Origin: Vermamoeba vermiformis
Lineage: Eukaryota
Length of the DNA: 64,000 nt
NCBI GenBank assembly: GCA_045837725.1
Contig: JBEWZL010000212.1
Location: 62,001 to 126,000 of the forward strand
Direction: 5' to 3'
Part shown: in pieces, positions 1 to 13,645 of the stretch
Layout: every line of letters starts with the position of its first letter
Numbering within the stretch: the stretch's first letter is position 1
Position numbers and translations under genes: made by a program
Notes under the pieces: model-generated
Databases searched by the model: none
What the model saw: only the letters and a program-made list of their open reading frames with translations
What the model was told of the DNA's origin: nothing

Positions 1-2974
1 TGACACGCTGTGCAGGTGGTCAGATCTGTCAGGTTGACACGAAGGAATATTCTAATCTTATTTATCTGTTAGAGTATGGACACGCTGTTTGAAGATATCG
101 CTGTATTAAGACCGACATTTTTGACTTGTCCTCCAAGGTAACGGCAGTTATTAATTTTTAAGCGGGTCCGGATCTGATCCCGTTCAAAAGAGTGTGGAAT
201 CAGATGTACACGGACTTTATTCAGACATTAGATCTAGCTCTTAAAGCCAATCCCGACAAAGACCCCGAGAAAATCACCGAGGGCTTATACAACGAAATCA
301 AAATGAAGCTCGGATGTGACAGGCTTTGGGTACGGATGTGACCTCTAATTTTTCATTAAATTAACTAAACAATAGAGTATTACTACTGGTGGTGCCCCGA
401 CGAGTCCCGAAGTGATTCAGTGGATGAAAGATTGTTTCAAGGTTGGTGTGTTTGACAGCTACGGAACCACTGAGATTGGTGGCGTTGCCATCGACAGTCA
501 ACTAAACGCAGACCGTAAGCAACTTAATCAATTTATTGTAGCCGTCTAATATAACATATTTATAGTTGTGTACAAGCTCGTCGATGTGCCCGAGCTCGGA
601 TACTTTTCGACCGATCAGCCTCTTCCACGGGGTGAATTGTGGGTCAAACCGACGTTAGAAAGAGAAGGCGTCATGAATTACTACAAAGATGAAGTCAATT
701 CCAAAGAGAATTACGATGCTGATGGTTACGCAACTACAGGCGACATTGTCGAGTTGAATCCGAGAACGAGAATGATCAAAATTATTGACCGAAGGAAAAA
801 CTTTTTTAAATTGGCACAAAGCGAATTTGTTGCGCCTGAACGAGTCGAAAATATTCTACTGCAATGCTCGTTAGTTAATCAAATGTGGATTTATGCCGAG
901 AGCATTCAAAGTTACGTGGTCGGCGTGGTCGTTTTGAAAGACAGCGTAAGCCTTACATTGAGACCCTGTTTATCACATACTAATCATAGCATCTTAGACC
1001 TACGAAGACTTTCGAAAAGAGAAAGGCATTGGTGACACTAACGAACAGCTGTCAAATAATCCCGAGTTAATTACACGAGTATTAAGAGCGCTGAAGGAGG
1101 TCGGAGAGAAAGGTAGTTTAAGGCCATATGAAATCCCAAAAGCGATCAAAATAGATCACAGCCCATTCACGGTACAAGATGGGCTCCAAACACCAAGTTT
1201 CAAGCTGAGCCGCGCGTCATTGGTCAAACGATACCGCGACGAAATGCGCGAGCTATATAAGGCCACGAACGACAATATGCAACAACAGATCCAACAACTA
1301 ATAGCTGACCTCGTTGCCAATGATTTGAACATTGAAGTTGGTGATGGAAAAGCAACGCCATTGGTCGAAATGGGTGTTGATTCAGTGAAAGCCACAAAGT
1401 TGCTTAACGAGATCAAACAGCGATTTAAAGTCGACGTGCCTATATCCGTGCTCTATAATAACGCGGCTAGTATTAATGCTATTGGCGAGTACGTCTTGAA
1501 GCAGCAGCAAGGTCAAGATGTCAAAATTGACAAGCCCAAGTACGATTGGTTCAGTGAATCAGCCTTGCCAAGTGAAGTCATTGAAGCGATAAAATCACAT
1601 CAGTACGAGAAAAAGAGCCGAGATGGCGCGTCAGTTTTGTTGACAGGTGTCACTGGCTTCGTCGGCGCGTTTTTGTTGAACGAGTTACTGGCACAGAAAG
1701 AGAATTACAAAGTTTATTGCCTAATTAGGACAAAAGAGAAGCAAGAAAAGGCCTTTATGAGCCCTGAAGCGATGAAACGATTGGAAGATACATTGACCGA
1801 GTATCAGATCTGGAACAATGTTAATAAGCATCTTGACCGAGTCATACCCGTAAGTTATATAACATTAAGCTTATGGATGAGATGATATACTCAATTTATA
1901 TTATGATAGGTTGCTGGTGATTTGGAACTGGAAAATTTTGGTTTGAACGAAACGGATTTTGATCTGTTGTGCAAGGAAGTTTCGATCATTTATCACAACG
2001 GAGCAAGAGTACGGACAACAAAACATATCGGTTTATATAGTGCCTGACACCTACTTTTAGGTTAATGGTATACTGCCTTATGAAACTCTTAGGGCTTCGA
2101 ATGTCATAGGCACAAAGACCGCACTGAAGATTGCTTCGAAACATCACTTGAAATTATTCTGTTTCGTGTCAACTCTTAGTATTTTCAACGGAAATTCGCA
2201 CAATGACTTTAGCGAGACTGCTGCAATATCAACGGACAATTTGGCATTTGTTGGTGGTTACGCGTAAGTTTTGAGATCTGATCCACCTTAAGGCCTTAGA
2301 TGTCACTAATTATAAGTATAGGGCTTCTAAACGTGTCGCGGAGTTGCTCGTGAAAAGTGCTTCTGAAGCAGGACTTCCCACCGTTATTGTCAGATTAGGA
2401 ACAATTACAGGTACGCGGATCTGACTCCAACAAACTCTAGCTGGAGGACTAATGCCGATGCACTATAGGACATTCTATTACTGGGGCAACAAATATGGCA
2501 CAATATATTAGCAAAATGTTGCACACGTGCTTGAAACTGAAAGTCGTTCCGGATGTAGCAGAAGTGACACTTGACATGACACCTGTCGACTTTGCAGCGA
2601 GTGCTATTGTTGGACTATGCAATGATAGTAATATAGGAAGCACATATCACATATACAATAGATGCTTGTCGTTCACAAAGCTCTTTAAGTACCTCGCCAA
2701 ATCCGGATTTGGATCTGGAGCGAATCTCGTGAGCACGGACAAATTCACTGAAATTGTCACCAGCTCTCGTTCAGAAGAGGAGTGTCCATTGTTCACATTG
2801 AAGAGTTATTTCCAGAACGGATTCCCTGGCACTGGCGTTGCGTATCCGAATCAGATCACGCGAACTGCTTTGTCGCAAATCAAGCTGAAGTATCCAAAAA
2901 TAGGCAGAAAAGTAATATATAGTTATTTTAATTATATTGCTACTCTTGACGCGGCTTCAAAGGCTGACAAATAA
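1..2974 (+). CDS. Carboxylic acid reductase-like NRPS-type A-T-R protein (5'-truncated, multi-exon)
   Basis: A domain motifs (TGGAP, DSYGTTE, YKLVDVPELGYFSTDQPLPRGEL, TGDIV, RRKNFFKLAQSEFVAPE), carrier domain MGVDS, reductase domain LLTGVTGFVG, IYHNGA, GGY..SK; GT-AG introns; stop TAA 2972-2974. Confidence 0.9.
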
Positions 2975-3031
2975 AAAAACGCCAGGCAGAACGGATCGAC
3001 CTCCGCAACATTTCTGCTCTAATTAGGCGTC
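2973..3031 (-). ncRNA. Candidate small (~59 nt) structured RNA, unassigned
   Basis: Minus strand GACGCC-TAATTAGA-GCAGAA-ATGTTG-CGGA-GGTCGA-TCCG-TTCTGC-CT-GGCGTT then T-run; nested stems with G-U pairs favouring minus strand; TATAAT about 32 nt upstream (3063-3058). Confidence 0.4.
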
Positions 3032-3169
3032 TTTAACTCACTTGTGCTCCCGCAGTAATTATAAATGAATTTTATTAAGACTAGACGTCGCGTGATGTTT
3101 CGTCCAAAGTAACAGGCAAATTTCAGTTTCTGTTTTGTGAGATTCAGCTCCAACAACAGAAAATACATA

Positions 3170-6100
3170 ATGGAGCACTTATCGAGATATAATAATTTGG
3201 AGAGTCATAGAAGTTCTATTAGCTCGATAAATAGCGACGAAGAAACTCAGATCAAAAGTGACATTCAGATAATTTGTGGTAAATTCGAATTTAATTAATT
3301 ATGAAACGATCGATTGATAGATTTTATATTATAAGAGGAAGATTTGTCTCGATTAATAGCAAAAATTCAGCAAGACGTGTGGGTCTATGTGACTGAAGAT
3401 CTTGTGGTCACTTTTCTCGGGGCAATGCAGCCAAATAATCGAGCTCCAGGCTGGACTGAAATTGTAAGTGTATTATATATGAATTATAACTCGTAATTAT
3501 TCCTTTAAAGTGCGAGAAGATATTTATTAACGTCGCCACGGACATCGTTTCTTCGTCCGTGTCAGAGATGTGCTCTAAAGTACTCAACAAAACAAACTTA
3601 AGGAATAGTGGTGAGCATATGCATATATATTAATAATTATGACGTTAATAATTGGCTTTAAAAAGGATTGCCGTTTGTAAAATCAGATGAAAAAAAAGAA
3701 TTGACTGGATCAAGCAGTTTAGAAAGCAGATTATTAAATTATAAGAATAATATAACAGAAGATATCGAAATTATTACTTCGCAAATAATTAGTAGCGGAA
3801 TAAGCTTGCCAACGGAACCAACAAATCCGGATCTAAATCCAATGAGGCTTAATTGGATTCGCGAAGTAATAACGGTATTATATGCGCAGTTTTTACCTCG
3901 TATATCTTCTTCTTGCCGCAGCAATTTGGTTTGGCTTCTTTCTGGCGTGTAAAATAATTATTGCAATAAAATCATGGACCACAGCTGGGCTGATTTAAAG
4001 TCCAAATTGGACAATAATGTTAATTTATCTGTTGAAGATAATAAGATAGCGTTAGAATGTATGGAGCACCTCCCTGCTATGGACAGGCAAGATCGTAAAA
4101 AAACAATTTTGGTTTTATGCGATTTGCGGTTTCCTTTCTTCTTTGATATGGTTAAAAGCAATTTTCCTGATATTAAAAAAGGTAATTTTAATTATTCAAA
4201 TACAACCAATTTAATTTTTTGAAGAGTTGACAGGGGATCAAGATTTCGTTACCTTTTTGTGCTCTAAGTACAGAGAGTTGCGACAAATGACCTTCGATAA
4301 TGAAGAGAAAAAGGCAATATTATGCTCGCTATACCTAGAACTGCACAAAAGATGTAAACTGGTGCAGATGGATTCAGATTTCGTTCAATTCGTCTCGCAG
4401 ATTTACGAAGGTTTTGAAGCAGAATACAAAATTATAGAGGAAGAATATAAGAAGTCGTTAGAACATACTCACGAATGGATTAATCACTCAGGAGGTGCAC
4501 CTATAAAAGGACCTTTGACAAATGAAGGACACCGCGCAAATATTTCATCAATAATCCACGATAAAAAACAACGGCCATCATCGGTATCACTTAAGTACGT
4601 ATTATATAAGTTATTATATTGATTTAACATTTTTTGGCTAGATCTAACGGATCAGCACTGTCGCAAACAAGCGTCATGAATAATTTGGCAGATCTTATTG
4701 ACAGGCGATGGGAAGAGCTATATAAATTAGTGCATATAGAATGTCCTGAACACACTCATTATTTGAAAGTCAATGGCACCGATCAAGAGGTAGCCATGCT
4801 AGTATTTCAATTCAAGATCGGCAACGTGATCCAGCAACCTCAATCAACCGATGATTTAAAATGTCATATAGTCAATTTGCATGACCTACAATCGCATTTA
4901 TCAGAGTTGCGCAATAAAATCGCAAAAAAAACTATTGCGCCACACAGACATTACATGCAAAGCAGTTCGAAAGCATGGACCCCACGACTGTACATTACTA
5001 AGAACGCTCGACTCACGAAAGTTAGTGTAGGCGACGTGGTATTACCTAAAAAGGCAATATCAAGTCCACGCAGTGCTACCGAGCCAATCGATCTGAAAGG
5101 CAGTAGAAGATCCAATGGATCCGGACCAAATTCTCTGTCCAGTAGCAACGGTAATTACAAAATATAACATATAACAAGCCATTAATATATAATATTATTA
5201 GGATGGAGTTTCAACTCTCCAAAATTGAGCTTTAAAATGACTAAGATTGAAGTCCCCAATGTCAACGAAATTTCACCGAAATCTAAAGTCACGTGCCTGG
5301 TCACGACTGTCACGCGTGTCCAAGAATTAATGAGCGGGTTTCATTCACGATCGATCACGCAACTTACTACCCTAGAAGAAGATATTCAACGACACTTCCA
5401 CGAAGAGCCGTCATACCCTGAATTAGCCAAAGGTCTGAACCGATCATTTCCTTATTTGGTAATCGATATTGATCCGTAGTTATTGCTTCAGTTCGATTTT
5501 CAGCAAATAGAGTCTGTGGCGGGGTCAATTGTCAACGACTGATTGACTACGTGTTTGAGGTCCTGAAAGACAGCTACAAAAGCTCTAAAGGCAAAATTAT
5601 TAACGGATTACGCTACATGGAGGATCGCGGAATTAAAAGCGTAAGTCAAACTTAAGATTGCCTAATTTGGTAACCCAAAAAAGTAACGCAACGACAGCTA
5701 CACGACGCGATTACAAATGAGTATCAAAAGACAGCATTGGCTTGGTGTCCTCATATTCGACTACTGTTAGTTAAGTATCTGAAAACACTAGTCAATGTAG
5801 CTGCAGAGTCAGCGCACGAAAAAAAATCGGAATTTTTCGAAGAAATTATTTCGACCATTCAACGGTGCTTAGAAGAGCTTATTTTGCCACAAGATAAGTT
5901 CGAACATGTATGGTTGAACCAGTTGATCGATACTGAGTTGGCTGAGATTGATATGGATGCAGAAAATGCTCTGATAGAAAACGTACCGAACGAAGAAAAG
6001 GTTCGTATTATGATTCAAGCTAAAATATTATGCAATATTAATCGAATATTAATTAGGTGGAAATCAAAGCTAAAATATTTTTAGATTGCGTGGAGCGATT

Positions 6101-6243
6101 TCTTTCCAAGTTCAAGTTGTTCATTGAGGCTCACCTCCGAAGCGTTATGTAAGTCTTAAACTGGTTAATATGGCTTCTAATAGGGTGTATTTAGTTATAA
6201 GCAATTATCTACGCTTGCTTCGACAAAATTGGATCATTTGTAA
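3170..6243 (+). CDS. Hypothetical protein (~800 aa, multi-exon, no recognised domain)
   Basis: Chain of + strand ORFs (3668, 3974, 4227, 4634, 5225, 5737) linked by GT-AG introns; ATG 3170, probable stop TAA 6241-6243. Confidence 0.6.
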
Positions 6244-6295
6244 TGGAGCTGCTTTAAAGTAGTAAAGTTCGAAAGCAAAATTTGGCTATTAATTT

Positions 6296-6754
6296 TTATT
6301 GATTGTGTTTTATGTCCCCGATATAATAGCTAACTACATTGTCTTCTAGAATATATTTTCTTTTCAAATCTTGAGCGATGTCAAACAAACTTTTTTCTCT
6401 GCTTGCTGTGCTTCTGGCTTCGTAGCTAAAAACTGACTTAAACCTGTTCAAACTACTTTCAATATCTTTTAACAACTGTTCTGTACTCTTGCTTTCTATT
6501 TCGCAGGGATTGCAAGTGATGCTGCTGCGAATCTGCTCTTGAAGTTTGACGAAACGAATTTCCAGCTGAGTTGTTATGCGCGTTCGTAGTTTATCCTTTC
6601 CTCCTATAGTGGTAACAACATTAAATACATTAGCATAAATGTCCATGATGCGGGGTACAGGTGCTCCAGGGTCGGAAAAAATGATCTGCACGAAGTCTGC
6701 AATCTGAGCGATCGACAGATCGATATCAATGTTATTTTGATTTGGTTGATTCAT
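6296..6754 (-). CDS. Intronless 152-aa stand-alone cullin N-terminal repeat-like protein
   Basis: Cullin repeat 1 pattern: IMDIYANVFNVV, GKDKLRTRI, RFKSVFSYEAR, SLFDIAQDL; no cullin-homology or neddylation region. Confidence 0.55.
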   Translation of the reverse strand: MNQPNQNNIDIDLSIAQIADFVQIIFSDPGAPVPRIMDIYANVFNVVTTIGGKDKLRTRITTQLEIRFVKLQEQIRSSITCNPCEIESKSTEQLLKDIESSLNRFKSVFSYEARSTASREKSLFDIAQDLKRKYILEDNVVSYYIGDIKHNQ

Positions 6755-7030
6755 TGTTAATTATCTGGTAAAATAAAATTTTCGATTGAGCAGTATTTAT
6801 CTTCGGGGTGAACTTAAAAAATTCTCAGCTTCGCAAATTTTTACTGCATCTGATTCTCAAGAATACATCAAAAGTGTACTATTAGGTACATTAGTGATAC
6901 GCCGAAGGCCTTTCATGGAGATTGATTTAAAATTAATATTAATCCGAGGTACGGAAGCAAGATCTAGAACTTTTGATTATTTGATAAAATACGTAAAAAT
7001 AGGATTTACAGCATAAGGTCTTTTGGTACT

Positions 7031-9155
7031 TTATTCTTTCTTATTGTGCTCTTTCTTTCCCGAGAATAATATTAAGACGTATGCTGCAACAAACCCGAGA
7101 GCGAATCCAGCAACGGCCATAACGAGCGACTGATTGTCGGATGTGCTGCTCTGAACAACAGTTTTGGAGCTAGCATTGCTTGATATGTTTTCAATATTCT
7201 TAGCTTTGCATTCTTCGTCCCAATTATGAGATATTCCGTCGGCCATTAGTCTGCGAAAACGAAATCCGGTCAAAAAAATTCTTAGAACAAATACTGCGCC
7301 AGTATGATTGCTATCGATGATACTTACAGCTCAAAGTCGCGCAATGAACACGAGTTCTTGCACTCAGGAATCAAATTCTCATCGTCGTAGCTGATCGACA
7401 CACGGAACTCGCCAGATCTACTCTCGTGCAGCTGAATTTCAATGAATGATGCGAACTCGGGTATTTCTAAATATGGATAACGTCAGAATTAGGTCATAGA
7501 GATATAAAAGAAGTTAAAAATTAAGTCCCTAAAAGTTTTTCCAAATATGGTAATCGTGGATCCGGACAAGTACTTACTATAGTTTTTCAGCCCCATAGCA
7601 CTAAGTAAAGCTAATATAGTTCCATCGTGACCACTGAACAGCGTGAACTTGGGCAATATTTTTGATTTTTGTTCTTTTTCCGTGCGGTGTACTCCGTGTG
7701 CATGGCCTTGTTCCTCCACGTGACGCATTTTGTTAATAATCTAAAAATAGCATCAGCCACACAAGTCCAACAAATCTCGCTGGAGATACATTATTATACG
7801 CACATCATTTAGTAAATTTCCTGCGCCCATTCGACCCATCTCGCGTGTCTTAAACTTTTGCGCTAACTAAAAGTAGACAGCTTAGTTATTACCATATATA
7901 GTAAAAATAGTTATAAGAGGCACGTACGACCCAATCTTTGATTTCGGCAATCTTTGCTTTCATTTCTTGCGTGAGACCCGGGATCTGTTTCCGGTGATGA
8001 ATTTCCTCGCTATTGACCACGTGATACACAGCTGCAAATATCAATGTCAGTGAGATTATTACTATATTTGGTAAAAGCATCGATGGATCTGCGTACCTGA
8101 CACTTTAGACAAGGATATTTTCTTCTCGCCGAAGACACTGGCCAATTGTTTCAAAAACTCTTTGTTTTCTTCTTCTTTTTGCTTCCATTCCGCGGAATTT
8201 TTAACTTCGTCTTTTAACTCCGACAACCTAAACAAAAAAAAATATTAATATCAGATCTCCATTCGCAATAAATTACAGATAGCTGCATAGTATATATCTT
8301 AAAGTATTATTAGTGTTTTAATATAATAAGTACCTCGGACAGTTCTTATACGCGTGCAATAAAATATCGTGGCTCGGTGTTGCAGCATGGATTGGCACGG
8401 GTTGGATCGAGTAAGGCAGCGCTGATTCTTTCACCGTTGATGCGTTAGGACCTGTGCCCGGCGGGAACATGCCTAACATAAAGCTCTATATGAAAAATAT
8501 TGTTATTAAAAACTTGTCGGAAACTCGAGATCTGGGATCTGACAACAATTTTTTTTATTAAAAAATATTGAACTATAATTATATAAGAATAGGAAAATAT
8601 ACGTACTTGTGCGCTCATTAAAGTTCTATCTTTTCCAGTTGCACGCGCATAAACTTCGCTAATATTGAAAGTACCCGAAATGAACTGCAACTCATCCACG
8701 TACTTGTGTCTAATAATGATGTCAATAATAAGGTCGTATAATATTAATAAGGCGTAATTACCTGAATTTTTGACCTAACAAATAATGTTGTCTCATTCCC
8801 TCGCCGGTTAATTGACCTAAATTAGATCTTAGTAAAATAATAGAAAAATATCAGTATGAGATATTACCTAATCCTTCATGCCAATGGTTCGGGTTATTCG
8901 CAAATAAATGAATTGGAGTGCTGAAAAATAATCAGTAAAATTCAAAATTAATTCAATAAAATCGTTTTGAATTACCGATCACCATGGCGAGTGATTACAA
9001 ATACCATACGTAATGTACTATCTTTTTCGGCGTACGTTAGTGCTATTATCTAATGAATTGAAGTTCGTTAGCGATATTTAAGACTTTCTCAGATTCCAAT
9101 CTGGACTTACCAGCAGCACTAGCAAAGCAACTATATTACAAGTAACTCCGCGCAT
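7031..9155 (-). CDS. Histidine acid phosphatase (lysosomal type), signal peptide and C-terminal TM
   Basis: ITRHGDR near 8975-8995, ARATGKDRTLMSAQ, FSGHDGT, hydrophobic N-terminus and C-terminal anchor AVAGFALGFVAAYVLILF. Confidence 0.9.
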
Positions 9156-9626
9156 TATTACAGAGTGCTATGGTGCTCATAGATTCGAATTATTGAAACT
9201 GCTGCTTTTTGGAATTCCTTTTTCAATTGGCTGCTACGTGGCATTTCGTGTATTTAACAGAAACAGACTCAAAAGGCACGAGAAAGTATAAAGGTTGTCC
9301 TTATATATATAAGCTGAGTTTAAACGAGAAGATCCGCTCAAATGACTTTTAGATTCGCCGTCTCTGCTGGATTTGGATGTCAAAGGGTCTCAATTGGTTC
9401 TTGTGATAATATCACCCGTGCATTGCTATTCTATCGTATGACGACAAGTATCTTTACGTGTGAGCACACATTGGGAACATACCGTAATGGAAATTTTCTC
9501 GCACAATTCCATAGGCCATTTTATTGAAGATTTTTGTTGAGAGTCAACAACAGAATGACTTTATAATCGTATTTATTATTGTTGTATATATTCGTGATTT
9601 TGTATAATTAGTATTCTGTAAACAAT

Positions 9627-12600
9627 ATGGGATTTGGTTTGATCGTTGCCTTGTGTATAGTTATGGTCGTGATCCCAGACTGCTTAGGATATTCAGAGGA
9701 TATAGTGCAATATAGTAAGTAATAGAATGATATAATGCTTATTATTGCTATTTTAGAAGCAAATCTGCTCAATCTTGTAATTTCACCCCAAATTTCGTGG
9801 TGGTCAAAATTACACCTATCATAGTTAGGAATATGATTTTTATGATATATATTTACTATTAAGATCAATATATCCGCATTATTTTCAAAATAACGGCTAG
9901 ATCAAATATCAGAAAATAATCTTATTAATCTGATCCGTGTTTTACAAAGAATTAGCATATATATTGAATGTCCTATAATACTCCTATTATATGCTAAAAT
10001 TGGACCTCAAAAACTCACAAAATTACACTGATTTTTTTGTTTGACATTTGAAAGGTCGATTCAGTTCGATTCATCTAGAATATTTAATATCGATAATATT
10101 ATTAATATTATGTAATAGAGCGCCATGCTACGGATGTACAGGAATTCACTACTAGAACTTATTACACGGGCGGTGGAACTGGATGCATCCATTGCAGCTC
10201 GAATGAAATTAAAGCTTCTGACTTTGCTTGCAGTTGGGGCGTTGGTAATTGGAACGAGGTATTTATTAGACTATAAGATCTTTATTTAGCCTTAATATTT
10301 AAAAAATCGCTCTTTAAATTTTAATCGCTGGTGAAATAGCGGATCTTGGTAATCGTAAAATGAGCCAATGATGCCTCATTGCGTAGCTTTATAACCATAC
10401 ACGACAAAGCGGTATTGGATGTTAATATTAAGTGTATGTTTTTTAGGGCGTGTCGACTTTCGCGGATCCATTACCCGTTGGTTATTTGCTGCTCGGCGTC
10501 GAATTGACGCTATATGGTCGATTTGCGTGCTCATTATTCGATGCTAACACGACTGTCACTATTGTAAGTACATGAAGCCTCGTGTAGCGGAGATCTAATT
10601 TTTGTCTATAATTCAGACGGTGAATGGCGATAACGTGATGACTGGAGGCTTGCCTACGAGATATTTAGGCTGTATATGCGCTAATTGCGTAGTTACGAGT
10701 AAGTACTAAGCTTTCTTATGACAAAGTTACGAATTAGATCCAAGCGGAAAATCGTACCGAATATTCTCTTCAGTCAATTTTTTATTTTATTTTGCGAGGT
10801 ACATTTCGTGCTTTGAATACTATTCTAACTTTTCTTTGGTAGCGACGGTCAAAAATACTCAGTCTATTTGGCTCAATTACCGATATCAGCAGGCTAACCA
10901 TCTCACGATTAAAATTTTGAATGAGAACTCGATATGCATGTCCTACGTCGATATTAAGTTGCTCGCAGTACAAGGTAAGCTATATTAACTACATTACAAT
11001 CCAATTTCCATTTCGTACTGGCATCTTGTTTTTTTTTTGACGACCAAAATTAGCGCAATTTTGACGGTCAAAATCTTTCCAGTACGCGAATGAAATTTCA
11101 GGAAATTTAACTCGGGCAAAGCAATTCCTGGCTTTTTTCTATTGTTCGGGCCAGGAAAGTTTCCTGACGCCATTTTGGAAATTTTGTTGAAGCCAGTCGC
11201 GACAAATAATGCTGTTGTATTAATACTGTTTTATATTATAGCTACGCCTGTTCTTGAAAGTGTTACGCCTGAATACATCCCTCTCGAAGGAGGAACACTG
11301 CTGCATGTAACAGCGGATAGTTTTACTCCTATTTTCAATTATTCATGTAAGTCTCGTTTACATTACAAATCGTACGGTATAATATTAATATTCGTCTTTA
11401 TTATAGGCGTTTTCGACGACAAAAATGTTCCAGCGACTATTTTAAATAGCACGTTGATTACTTGCGTAGCACCGAATACGACGCAAGCAACGACTATGAA
11501 TATGACTATCGTACTTAACGAGTCGCATTTCAACCAGACTAGTATTCAAAAGCAGGTCACTTATTATCGTAAGTCATGTGACAAAATCGCATCCGAAAAA
11601 ATTATTAATTTTTTTTCTTAGAACAACCAATAGTTAAGTCTATTGATCCTGCTGTTGGCTTTAATGGATCGCTGTAAGTAATATACTATTATTCAAAGTA
11701 AGCACAGTCTCACCTAACATTCCGCGATAGAATTACCGTGTACGGAACCGGCTTCTTCCAAACACCTTATTTGTCTTGCAAGTTTGGAACAATAGTAGTA
11801 CCTGCTACATATATCGATCAGCGGTCTATTCAATGCACGGCACCGTTATTCACCGGATCTGCGGTCAACTTAACGGTGAGCGAGAACGGTCAGCAGTTTA
11901 CTTCCAGCTCTGTTATCTTTAATTTCGAAAGTAAGTTTGGAAATCGTATGTTTAATGGACAATATTTAATCATTATTAATTAGTGGAACGTGCGGAAGAC
12001 GAAGAATCGAATCTGATCTGGCTTTACGTGACCGGAGGAATTTTAGTCCTATTAACGATAGTCAGTGTTGTATTCTTAATAGTGCAACGACGTCGTAGTA
12101 TTCGTAAAGGTTACTGGAGCATTCCTTCAAAAGAACGATTAGGTAAGTACATCCGGAAAAGAAATTTAATTTTGTATTTACGAGCAGATCCGCTCCTTCG
12201 ACATATTTGATATCTAAATATACTAATCCCTATTAGAAAATGCAATGGTGGATATTTCAGAGATCGTTTTGAAGGAGCGCATTGGACGAGGCAGTGTTGG
12301 CGATGTTTATCGAGGATATTGGCGCGGCACTGAGGTCGCTATTAAGAAGATGCCTACTGTCAACATTACGCAGAATTTTATGAAGGATATGTTGCGCGAG
12401 GCTGAGATTATGAAGTAAGTCTGGTACATCCAATTAAAATTTTGAATTTCCGGAAATTATCGTTCAAAAATGCTAAAGAAGGCTTACGATGGGCTAGCCA
12501 TAATGATGATTTAATACCATATTTCGAGTAATTTTGAATCTGAATTATTTTCTTTCCGCTGCGTACTGGATGTGGTTACTAACTTTGAGCTAATTATAGG

Positions 12601-13356
12601 AGCCTGCGTCATCCTAATGTCTTAACATTCATGGGTGCGAGTACTGAATGGCCAGACATTTGTATCATCACGGAGTACATGCCTAAAGGATCTCTTTGGC
12701 AAGTCTTGCATGATCCGAACGTACCGCTCAGCTGGGAGCTATTAAGAAGAATGGCTATAGACGCAGCTATTGGCATGAATTTCTTGCACTGTTCGAACAT
12801 TATTCATCGCGATCTGAAGTCGCATAATTTATTAGTCGATAATAATTGGAAAGTCAAAGTCGCTGATTTTGGCTTATCCAAAATGATTGAAGAGAAGTGT
12901 ACTTCGACTATGACAGCTTGCGGTACTCCTTGTTGGACAGGTAAGATAAGATAAGATCCGCTCTTATTTCGAATTTCTATTTTTAGATGCAGATGTGCTA
13001 ACGTTTTATTTCAAACTCGCAGCGCCTGAAGTGTTGCGACATCAAACGTATAGTATTCGAGCGGACGTCTATAGTTTTGGCATTTGTTTATGGGAAATGG
13101 CAACAAGGTAAGTCAACATAACTAATTCAAAGAGACGCATCTCATCGTACGTTTAAGATCCGATCCGTATCAAAACGTACCGCCATTCCAAGTAATTTTG
13201 CATGTGGCTACAAAGGGCTTGAGGCCACAACTTACTCCTGAAGTCCCCGACGAATGGGCAGCGCTGGTCAAGCACTGCTGGGACGACGATCCAGAAAAGA
13301 GACCGACCTTTGCGGAGATTCAGGAGACGTTAGAGAAGATGAACTTGCCCAAATAA
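9627..13356 (+). CDS. Single-pass receptor TKL kinase with two IPT/TIG domains
   Basis: Signal peptide MGFGLIVALCIVMVVIP; two IPT repeats (PVLESVTP..GGT, SCKFG..ATYID..IQCTAP); TM; kinase motifs GRGSVG, VAIK, HRDLKSHN, DFG, GTPCWT/APE. Confidence 0.9.
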
Positions 13357-13645
13357 ATAGGCCAGCAGTTCATTTGTATAGAAAAACAACCTTTTTTGTA
13401 ATCTTAGAAGTAAAACTCAAAATTTCAACGATGCACTTTATTCAAAGAATGACAAATGGTGTAGTTCGACCATGAATTAATTAGGCATTGGGTTCAAGTA
13501 TTACTACATGACGTTAATCTTACAAGGGCTAAGATATCATGAGGAAGAAAGGGTTTGATTGTTCGCAATAAATAAGTTATTTGTACAAGGTCGTTCGTTC
13601 TGTGGTATTTACATTAATATTATTGTTTTCATTTTTGTTGTATTA

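Noticed and set aside
3950-3952. In-frame TAA between two same-frame ORFs (possible readthrough or code reassignment)
   Set aside because: A 36-nt GT-AG intron (3949-3984) removes it, and other genes use TAA, TAG and TGA as normal stops.
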